From: Deltaproteobacteria bacterium
GTDB taxonomy: Bacteria > Desulfobacterota > Desulfobulbia > Desulfobulbales > SURF-16
Assembly (NCBI GenBank): GCA_029933005.1
Contig: JAOZOY010000002.1
Coordinates: 22,694-86,693, forward strand
Direction of reading: 5' to 3'
DNA length: 64,000 nucleotides
The notes under the pieces were generated by a model that made no database searches, had not been told where the DNA came from, and was given only the letters and a program-made list of their open reading frames with translations. Numbering within the stretch: the stretch's first letter is position 1; every line of letters starts with the position of its first letter. Below, one piece after another: positions 20,380 through 27,869 of this stretch. The position numbers and the translations under genes are program-made.

Positions 20380-21558
20380 ATGGAAAAGAAAACAGCCGCC
20401 AGTCGTGATTATCTCAAGCAGGTCAGAGAGATCTCCCGGCTGGTGAATTCCACCTTGGATCTGAAGAAAATTTTGAATTTGATTGTTGAAAAATTACCGG
20501 TGGTTTTGCCGTGTAAGGCCTGTACAATCAGACTACTCGATCCAAGCCGCCAGCACCTTGAGCTTGTTGCAGCTTCAGCAAATCTGTCCGAGGAATATCT
20601 CGCCAGGGGATCCATCGTAAAAGAGGGTCACCTCCATACTGTGTTAAAGGGGGAGCCGGTAACTATTTATGACGCAACCAGCGATCCTCTGGTCGATTTC
20701 CAGGATGAAGCTGAAAAGGAAGGGGTAAAAAGTATTCTGGCCGTACCAATCAAGGTCAATCATAATATTATCGGTGTGTTACGCTTGCTCACGGATCATC
20801 ATCATGATTTCAGCCAGGATGAGATCAATTTTGCCATGACCGTGGCGGAAGAGGGCGGCAGTGCCATTAAAACTGCGCAGAATTACCAAAAAATAAATCT
20901 TCTCTTCCAGCAGAATGAAGAACATGAACGGTTTTTGCAGAGTATTATTGACAGCATTCCTCTCCAGCTTGTGGTGGTGGACCGTAACCAGAGAATCGTG
21001 CTGGTCAACAGGTCGTTTCTCCAGAAGTACAATCTCAAGGAAAAGGACAGTCTGGGTCGTTTGTTTAAGGATTTTACCCCGCCGGAACTGCAGAATAATG
21101 GTGTTGATGACCAGCAGTCCGATCCGGATAACATGCAGCAGGCCGTGTGGCGGTGTCAGCGGACTTATGGCGGTAAGTGGCTGGAAATGACGGATTCTCC
21201 GCTTTATGGTCAGGATGGCAGGCTTGAATATACCATTCGCATAATTCGTGATGTGACGGCACAGCATCTTTTATCCGAGGAACAGATGGAAAGGGGAAAG
21301 TTACAGGGAGTTATTGAAATGGCCGGAACCGTTGCCCATGAGTTGAATTCTCCGCTTTTTGCGGCCTTGGGAACAGCTCAACTCCTGCGGGAAGAATTAT
21401 CTGATTCCGATGAAAGAGCAGAGGAATTGGATTTGATTATTCGTAATATTCAAAAAGTTGGAAAATTAACCAAAAAAATGGCATCCATCACCCGTTACAA
21501 AACTAAACCGTATGTCGGTAATATCCAATTGGTGGATATTGATCAGGCAACTGCTTAG
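20380..21558 (+). CDS. GAF-PAS-DHp protein lacking a kinase ATPase domain
   Basis: GAF-like N-terminus and a PAS-like middle. The H-box VAHELNSPLFAALG is about 70 aa from the C-terminus, and no N/G1/G2 boxes follow. Confidence 0.75.
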   Translation: MEKKTAASRDYLKQVREISRLVNSTLDLKKILNLIVEKLPVVLPCKACTIRLLDPSRQHLELVAASANLSEEYLARGSIVKEGHLHTVLKGEPVTIYDATSDPLVDFQDEAEKEGVKSILAVPIKVNHNIIGVLRLLTDHHHDFSQDEINFAMTVAEEGGSAIKTAQNYQKINLLFQQNEEHERFLQSIIDSIPLQLVVVDRNQRIVLVNRSFLQKYNLKEKDSLGRLFKDFTPPELQNNGVDDQQSDPDNMQQAVWRCQRTYGGKWLEMTDSPLYGQDGRLEYTIRIIRDVTAQHLLSEEQMERGKLQGVIEMAGTVAHELNSPLFAALGTAQLLREELSDSDERAEELDLIIRNIQKVGKLTKKMASITRYKTKPYVGNIQLVDIDQATA

Positions 21559-21864
21559 GAAGATGGAATTTCAGTATGGCTTAGATAAAATCAACAAAGG
21601 AGGTGATAGTGATGTAATGTGGTGGAAAAATGAGGGACAAAGTGATTTTAGGCCGTTTTAAAATAATGTTATCAATTTGATTGATTTTTCGGATAAAGGG
21701 TGGGGGATCCAGGGGATCAACTTCTATGGAGTTTTTTTGCTGGCCTATGTCATTTCACTATAGTTTTGTTCAGGATCAAGAAACAACGCCTTTCATCGAA
21801 GAGAAAAGCATGTCGTGCCCGTAATGATGAAGCGTGTCTCCCTGCAATCGACGGAGTAAAATAA

Positions 21865-22224
21865 ATGGCAAAAATTCTGGTGTTAGACGATGTCTTTGAT
21901 GCAGGAGTGATGATCAAAAAAATCCTGCAGAGGAAAGGGCATGACGTCGAGACATTTACAGAGGAAGAGGATGCCCTGGCCCATGTCAAGGATCATCCCG
22001 TGGATCTGGCCATTCTTGACATCAAGCTTAAGAAGATGAGCGGTGTCGAGGTGCTGGAGGAAATGAAAAAAATAAGTCCTGAAGTAAAGGCCATTATGCT
22101 GACTGGCTTTCCCACCATAGAAACAGTCAGACAGGCCTTATCCCTGGGCGCAGACGAGTATTGTGTCAAGCCTATAGATAAAGACGAATTAGAGGATAAA
22201 GTGGCCCAGGTTCTGGGTGATTAA
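21865..22224 (+). CDS. single-domain response regulator (receiver only)
   Basis: ILVLDD...LAILDIKLKKMSG...MLTG...K pattern over 119 aa. Confidence 0.85.
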   Translation: MAKILVLDDVFDAGVMIKKILQRKGHDVETFTEEEDALAHVKDHPVDLAILDIKLKKMSGVEVLEEMKKISPEVKAIMLTGFPTIETVRQALSLGADEYCVKPIDKDELEDKVAQVLGD

Positions 22225-22240
22225 TTCTCGGAGGTAGATT

Positions 22241-24361
22241 ATGAGAAAAACAGTATGGAGCATGTGTGGAATGTGTTCCGTTCGCTGTCCCATTCGAGTT
22301 GAGGTGGAAAACGGCGAAATTAAATGGATTGAGGGCAACCCTCATCTGCTCGGCGGTGCTCTCTGTGCCAAGGGGTCGGCCGGTCCGGCCCTGGTGGCCG
22401 ATGATGAAAGGCCCAGACAGCCGCTTATTCGCAAGGCCGGTCGTGGCGCCGGTCAGTGGGAGGAGGTAAGCTGGTATGCTGCCCTTGATTATATTGCGGA
22501 TAAGATGAAAAAAATTAAGGAGAAGCATGGTGCGGAAGCCATGATGATGAGCTGCCGGGGCGGACCATTTCCGGATATGTTCAAGTCCTTTCTGCATGGT
22601 TTTGGTTCTCCGAACTTTACCAATCATGACAGTGGCTGCGGCCGTAATGTCCACCATGCCAGTAAATCGGTATATGGCCTGGGCCGGAAAGGCTTTATCT
22701 ATGATATTAAAAATGCCAAACATCTGGTTCTGTTTGGCCGTAATATCCTTGCCGCCCTGCGTATTGCCGAGGCCAATCAGGTCATGGACATGCTGGAAAA
22801 CGGCGGTAAGCTGACCTATGTTGATGTGCGCCAGTCCATGACCGGCATCAAGGCAACCCGTTTTTTTCAGGTTCGGCCGGGTACGGATTACGCCTTTCTG
22901 CTGGGAACAATTCACGGTCTTATTAAAAAAGAGGCCTATGACAAGGAATTTATTGAGCGTTATGTCAGTGATTTTGACAAACTCGTCGAGTTTATTGAGC
23001 CTTATACGCCGGACTGGGCTGCCAAGGAATGTGGCGTCAAGGTTAAAGGAATTAAGGATTTTATCAACGAGGTTGCTGAAGACAGGCCTAAGGTCATCTT
23101 CCATCCGGGCTGGATGTTGTCCCGGTATCGCGATTCTTTCTATGCCAGCCGTGCCCTGCATATCCTGAACGTCCTTATGGGTAATATCGAAGTTGAGGGT
23201 GGTCAGCTTCTGCCCAAGACTCCGGGTGACTGCGGTGTCAAGGGACTGCGTACCCTGGGCAGTATGGTGAGTGAAAAACCCACCCAGGAGCGGGCTGACC
23301 AGGTCGGCACCAAGTATACCCATTTTGATAAGGGCCCCGGCCTCTTCCATCTTTTTTATAAAGCCATGGAAACCGGCAAGCCTTATCCTGTCAAGGGTCT
23401 GATCTGTTACCGGCATGATCCTTTTAACTGCTTTCCTGATCCCCAGGCTCAGAAAAGAGCCCTGGATAACTGTGACCTGCTGGTCTCAATCGATACTCAC
23501 TACAGTGAGTTCGGCTGGTACAGTGATGTGATTCTGCCTGAATCCACCTATCTGGAAAGGGATTCCGCTATTGTCGCCCAGAAGGGTAATAAGCCCCGTT
23601 TTATCAAACGGAACAAGGCGCTGGAGCCCAGGCTTGATACCAAGCCCATGTGGGAAATTGTCAAGATGCTGGCTGATCGGCTCGGTTTTGGTGATAATTT
23701 CCCCTATAATTCCATTGAAGAGCTGTGGAAATGGCAGTTGGAGCCCACCGGCGTTTCTCTGGAAGATTTTGATGAAAAGGGCTATGCGGAATTGACCGAC
23801 ACCCCCATTCCAATTGACCAGGAAAAACTGGAGAAGAATATCAAAACCCCGTCCGGCAAGATTGAGATCATCAGTAAAGTCCTGACTGATGCCGGATTGC
23901 CTTCCCTGAAGGAATATGAGAGTCCGTTGAAACCGCCGAAAGGCCAGTTCCGTCTGGTCTTTGGCCGTACGGCTGTTCATGCCCATGGCCATACCATCAA
24001 CAATCCTCTTCTTCATGAGTTGATGCCGGATAATAGTGTCTGGATCAACAAGCGGGCTGCCTCGAAACTGGGTATTGCCGAGGGAGACTTGGTGGATGTC
24101 ATTGCCCATGACGGCACCACGGGTGTGATTAAAGCGCATGTTACTGATTTTATTCATGCGGAGGCAATCTATGTTGTTCACGGTTTTGGCCGCCAAGTGC
24201 CCTTGCAGACACGGGCCTATCATTCCGGTATGAGTGATCAGAAACTGCAGGGAGGCTTACTGCAGGACATGGATCCTGCTGGTGGCGGTCTCTGTCTCTG
24301 TGAATCCATTGTTACCGTGCTTCGCAGTTCCAAGAACCCGAAGAGGAGGGTCGAATTATGA
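22241..24361 (+). CDS. molybdopterin oxidoreductase catalytic subunit (Psr/Phs-like), no Tat signal
   Basis: N-terminal CxxCxxxC...C FeS motif (CGMCSVRCP...LCAKG) starts at residue 9 with no RR leader. A candidate Cys Mo-ligand lies in NHDSGCGRN. MopB-type C-terminal domain. Confidence 0.85.
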   Translation: MRKTVWSMCGMCSVRCPIRVEVENGEIKWIEGNPHLLGGALCAKGSAGPALVADDERPRQPLIRKAGRGAGQWEEVSWYAALDYIADKMKKIKEKHGAEAMMMSCRGGPFPDMFKSFLHGFGSPNFTNHDSGCGRNVHHASKSVYGLGRKGFIYDIKNAKHLVLFGRNILAALRIAEANQVMDMLENGGKLTYVDVRQSMTGIKATRFFQVRPGTDYAFLLGTIHGLIKKEAYDKEFIERYVSDFDKLVEFIEPYTPDWAAKECGVKVKGIKDFINEVAEDRPKVIFHPGWMLSRYRDSFYASRALHILNVLMGNIEVEGGQLLPKTPGDCGVKGLRTLGSMVSEKPTQERADQVGTKYTHFDKGPGLFHLFYKAMETGKPYPVKGLICYRHDPFNCFPDPQAQKRALDNCDLLVSIDTHYSEFGWYSDVILPESTYLERDSAIVAQKGNKPRFIKRNKALEPRLDTKPMWEIVKMLADRLGFGDNFPYNSIEELWKWQLEPTGVSLEDFDEKGYAELTDTPIPIDQEKLEKNIKTPSGKIEIISKVLTDAGLPSLKEYESPLKPPKGQFRLVFGRTAVHAHGHTINNPLLHELMPDNSVWINKRAASKLGIAEGDLVDVIAHDGTTGVIKAHVTDFIHAEAIYVVHGFGRQVPLQTRAYHSGMSDQKLQGGLLQDMDPAGGGLCLCESIVTVLRSSKNPKRRVEL

Positions 24362-24822
24362 ACAAATATATGCTCTACCTCGACTCCAAACGCTGTATCG
24401 GCTGTCATGGATGCGAGGTCCATTGTAAAACCAATAAAGGTCTCCCTGTTGGACCTATTCTCTGCGAGATCAGCCATGATCCGTTAAAAGCAGTGCGCGG
24501 TGTTCCCAGGACTGAGTTTCGCTTCCGTTCCTGTTTTCATTGCGAGGATCCTTTTTGCGTGCCGATCTGTCCGACCAAGGCCATGATCAAACGTGATGAC
24601 GGTATTGTTTATATTGATCAGGATAAATGTGTCGGCTGCATGGCCTGTGCGGGCGCTTGTCCGTGGAATATTCCGCAGATGAACCCGGAAACCGGCAAGG
24701 CGGTCAAATGCGATTATTGCATGGATCGCCTTGATATCGGTTTACGTCCGGCCTGTGTGACCAAGTGTACCACCCATGCTCTTAAGCTTGTGACCATGCA
24801 TGAGGTGACTGATTCAAAGTAG
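24358..24822 (+). CDS. 4Fe-4S dicluster electron-transfer subunit
   Basis: Several CxxCxxCxxxCP motifs (CIGCHGCEVHC, CVGCMACAGACP). ATGA start/stop overlap with the catalytic subunit gene. Confidence 0.85.
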   Translation: MNKYMLYLDSKRCIGCHGCEVHCKTNKGLPVGPILCEISHDPLKAVRGVPRTEFRFRSCFHCEDPFCVPICPTKAMIKRDDGIVYIDQDKCVGCMACAGACPWNIPQMNPETGKAVKCDYCMDRLDIGLRPACVTKCTTHALKLVTMHEVTDSK

Positions 24823-24844
24823 ATTGGAAAGTTGAATTGAGAGG

Positions 24845-25297
24845 ATGAATATGCTGGATACATGTGTAGATGGGGCTCGGGTTGCAGTGGAAAACATAAA
24901 AAGAGCCGCAGCATCCCCGCTGGGGATTTTTATCTATGCCGCGTTATCGGGAATGATTGGTATTGTTATTCTGGTAGTCTTTTTTTCCATGGTATTTCCC
25001 GGATCCACCTTGCTCGTGATCCTGCCTGTTTTTATTTCGTTCAACGCTGCTGCCGGCGGCTACGGTATAGTTGACAAAGGAGGGTGTGATTTTCCTTGGC
25101 TTAAGGTCAGCCTTATTGTCATCAGTGGTCTGCTGGCCGCAACAGGATGTTTTTCCATAATTGTTCTTTTTCCATGGGAAGCAACGACGATAGGTATTCA
25201 TTTTCTCCTCGGCAGCCTGGCAGCCTTGGTTTTTTCTTTTTTTGGCGCCTGGCTGGGTGCAAAGAGTAAAAAAGTGAAGAGAACATCTCAACCTTAA
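24845..25297 (+). CDS. small membrane protein (about 4 TM) of the oxidoreductase operon
   Basis: Hydrophobic helices throughout and no recognisable motif. Called from operon position. Confidence 0.55.
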   Translation: MNMLDTCVDGARVAVENIKRAAASPLGIFIYAALSGMIGIVILVVFFSMVFPGSTLLVILPVFISFNAAAGGYGIVDKGGCDFPWLKVSLIVISGLLAATGCFSIIVLFPWEATTIGIHFLLGSLAALVFSFFGAWLGAKSKKVKRTSQP

Positions 25298-25386
25298 TTA
25301 ATTTAAACAGGAGGTGTTACTGAAGAAAAGTTCATCACGGTTATATGTGAGTAGTCTAAACCCATTCTAAATTAGTGGAGGAAAAA

Positions 25387-27078
25387 ATGAAGAAGATTAA
25401 ATGGCCATCAATTATTTTGATGTTTGCTGCGATTTTTCTATTTACCGTTCCATGTTTTGCCGAGGTCAATATCTCGGCCGCAAAATATAAGGCGGGAGAT
25501 GTTGTAACCTTTGAAGGTACTATTGCCCCGGGCCAGGATCTGTATATCGCTGTTGCCCAGCAAAAAATGTTTAAACCAGCGGATACTAACGGTAAATTTG
25601 AGAAAAAGAAATTGCCGAAAAAAGGAAAAAAGGCGGGTTTTGGTAACGATACAGCTATTCCCCCTCTTTATTATATGCTGACCACCAACAGGGATGCCTT
25701 TGGTGAAGATGTAAATAAAAAATTTGGTGGCCCTTCTTTCGCATTTAAGAAAGGTGGCGGACTTTATAACACCACCATGTTTAAGCTGAAGAAAAATTTT
25801 GCTGACGTGGGCGCCAAGGAGATGATGGGTCCCATCCAGACAGCCGAGCAGTGGAATTTTTTCAAATTCGTCCATGAGAACAAATACGGTATCAATACTG
25901 TTGTTAAAGAGGGCAACAAGAAAGGTAAGGTTGTCATCTTTGCCCGAAGTGTCGTCGGTGATGCCTCTACCGGCAATTACTGGGACAAGGGCACATCCAT
26001 CAAGCTTGACAAGACTACCGGTAAATTTACCGCTTCTTTTGCAACATATCGTCATACGGCGCCGAACACGGCCTTTGATGTCTATGTCAACGGCACCAAA
26101 GGTGGTTCCTATGTTGTTGAGAAGAACGGTTACTGGATGAACCTGGGTTATCGTTATATGAATCCTCTCTGGGTTACCCTCGGCGCCATTGCCGTTGGTA
26201 CCTATTTTTCCATGATCGGCGCTGCCGGTGGTATGCTCATGGGTGCTTTCCAGGCCCTGGTCGTTCAAACCGCAGGTCCGGTTGGTATCAACGCCGCCAA
26301 CGTTCTTCGTCCATCAAATATCGCCCTCACCCTGTTTTCTCCGCTGGGTTCTTTTTACCGCTTTGCCGTGGTTGAAAAACGTGTTGCCTGGCCGGTCGGC
26401 CTCTCTTTTGGTGCCGGTATTTTCCTCGGTTCCGTCTGGCTCGGTGGCTATGTCACCCAATATCTCTCCATGAAGGCTTACAAAGAGTGGTTGGGTATTC
26501 TGGTTGTTCTGATGGGTATTAAAACTCTCATGGAAATGACCCCTGCGGCCATGAACAAGAGAAAAAACATCAAGGCCATGACCCAGAAATTCAACGCTGC
26601 TGTCAAGAAGGCTAAAGAGACCGGCGGCGCAGTTGAAATGGGTTCAATTGAACCGGTAAAATCAGGTCTTACGGATTACCGTTTTAAGTTCTGGGGCGAG
26701 GAATTCAGAATTAATCCGCTGCTCTTTGCTGTTCTCGGTGTCATCGTAGGTGTTGCATCAAGGGCCTTTGGTATTGGCGGTGGTTTCCTGCTGGTACCCA
26801 TGATGACGACTATTGCCGCTCTGCCCATGTATGTGGCCGTGCCAATTTCTTTGATCGGCACCTGTTTTTCCAGTATCGGTTCGTTCATCGGCTATGTGAT
26901 AAATGGCTATATGCCGGATATGACGCTGGCCATTGCCATTATTATCGGTGGTTTTGCCGGTGGTATGCTCGGCAGTCGTGCTCAGAAGATGTTCAGTGAG
27001 AAGACTCTCAAGGTTATTCTGGCCTGTACCCTGTTCTTCCTTTTCTTCCGTTTCTTGAAGATTGAGTACTGGATCTAA
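25387..27078 (+). CDS. TauE/SafE (TSUP) family anion exporter with a roughly 250-aa N-terminal exported domain
   Basis: Signal peptide MKKIKWPSIILMFAAIFLFTVPCFA, then a Lys-rich soluble domain, then two halves of a TSUP-like permease (GAAGGMLMG... / GIGGGFLLVPMM). ATG 25387 follows GGAGG. Confidence 0.75.
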   Translation: MKKIKWPSIILMFAAIFLFTVPCFAEVNISAAKYKAGDVVTFEGTIAPGQDLYIAVAQQKMFKPADTNGKFEKKKLPKKGKKAGFGNDTAIPPLYYMLTTNRDAFGEDVNKKFGGPSFAFKKGGGLYNTTMFKLKKNFADVGAKEMMGPIQTAEQWNFFKFVHENKYGINTVVKEGNKKGKVVIFARSVVGDASTGNYWDKGTSIKLDKTTGKFTASFATYRHTAPNTAFDVYVNGTKGGSYVVEKNGYWMNLGYRYMNPLWVTLGAIAVGTYFSMIGAAGGMLMGAFQALVVQTAGPVGINAANVLRPSNIALTLFSPLGSFYRFAVVEKRVAWPVGLSFGAGIFLGSVWLGGYVTQYLSMKAYKEWLGILVVLMGIKTLMEMTPAAMNKRKNIKAMTQKFNAAVKKAKETGGAVEMGSIEPVKSGLTDYRFKFWGEEFRINPLLFAVLGVIVGVASRAFGIGGGFLLVPMMTTIAALPMYVAVPISLIGTCFSSIGSFIGYVINGYMPDMTLAIAIIIGGFAGGMLGSRAQKMFSEKTLKVILACTLFFLFFRFLKIEYWI

Positions 27079-27191
27079 AACTAGAATTATTAATTCCCTG
27101 TCCCGGCAGAAGGCAATGAAGCTTTCTGCCGGGGTAACCGTTCATCGGGAGCGACAGGTGAACGCTTACCTGTCGGGAATCATGGAGAAGA

Positions 27192-27809
27192 ATGGATATG
27201 GATGAGTTCATGGACGCCTTATTGGACAATATATTGATCATGGTTCAATATGGAGCGTCGTTGTTTGACCGTCTACTTACGCCGCTTCATGTCTTCGGCC
27301 CTCTTGTTGTTATGACTTTGCTTGCTATTATGACTGTTGCGGTCACTAAACTGCTGAACAGAATCATTATCACCAAGCGTTACACCCGGTTGGAAGAAGA
27401 ATTTCAGCACTGGTTCAAAGTTCGCCAGGAAGCCATGAAATATGAGGATTATGATAAGGCAAAACGGCTGGCCAGAAATATCGATCAGGCGAAATTAAAC
27501 CAGGTCTACTATGATTATTTTTTAGAAGGATTCCTGCTGGGACTCATGCGCAATGTCCTGCCGATCTTTCTTGTCTGCACCTATATTAATAAATTTTATC
27601 GTGCCGAGGAACTCAGTCGTTTATTCGGCAAGGCATATATGCTCAGCATCCCGTCAACCAGTGGTGAACCGATCCTGATCGGGGCGGTATTTTATTATAT
27701 TATCACCCTGTTGCTATCTTACCTGGCATGGTTTATAATCAAAAAAATGGTCACTAAGAAAGTCAGTAGTCCAAAATCACTGGAATCTGTAACAGCGGAT
27801 CTTGCCTGA
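27192..27809 (+). CDS. three-TM membrane protein with EMC3/TMCO1 (DUF106)-like layout
   Basis: TM1, then a charged coiled coil (RLEEEFQHWFKVRQEAMKYEDYDKAKRLARNIDQAKL), then TM2 (LPIFLVCTYINKFY), a short beta-like segment, and TM3 ending in a basic tail. The family call is from pattern memory. Confidence 0.5.
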   Translation: MDMDEFMDALLDNILIMVQYGASLFDRLLTPLHVFGPLVVMTLLAIMTVAVTKLLNRIIITKRYTRLEEEFQHWFKVRQEAMKYEDYDKAKRLARNIDQAKLNQVYYDYFLEGFLLGLMRNVLPIFLVCTYINKFYRAEELSRLFGKAYMLSIPSTSGEPILIGAVFYYIITLLLSYLAWFIIKKMVTKKVSSPKSLESVTADLA

Positions 27810-27869
27810 GATCGGATGGTTGGCTGAACGCATCATCTGGATTTCATAAAAAGAAAATTTGACTACATA

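Noticed and set aside
21727-21741. Sigma-54-like motif TGGAGTTTTTTTGCT upstream of the receiver/Mo-enzyme operon
   Set aside because: Spacing is again 9 nt and the -24 element is poor. It would become canonically spaced only if the T7 run were T8. As with the tatC T9 case, that would fit systematic under-calling of T homopolymers, but this is speculation.
22172-23416. 414-aa ORF on the minus strand
   Set aside because: It lies entirely antisense to the well-supported molybdopterin oxidoreductase gene, has no motifs, and its composition is typical of a shadow frame.
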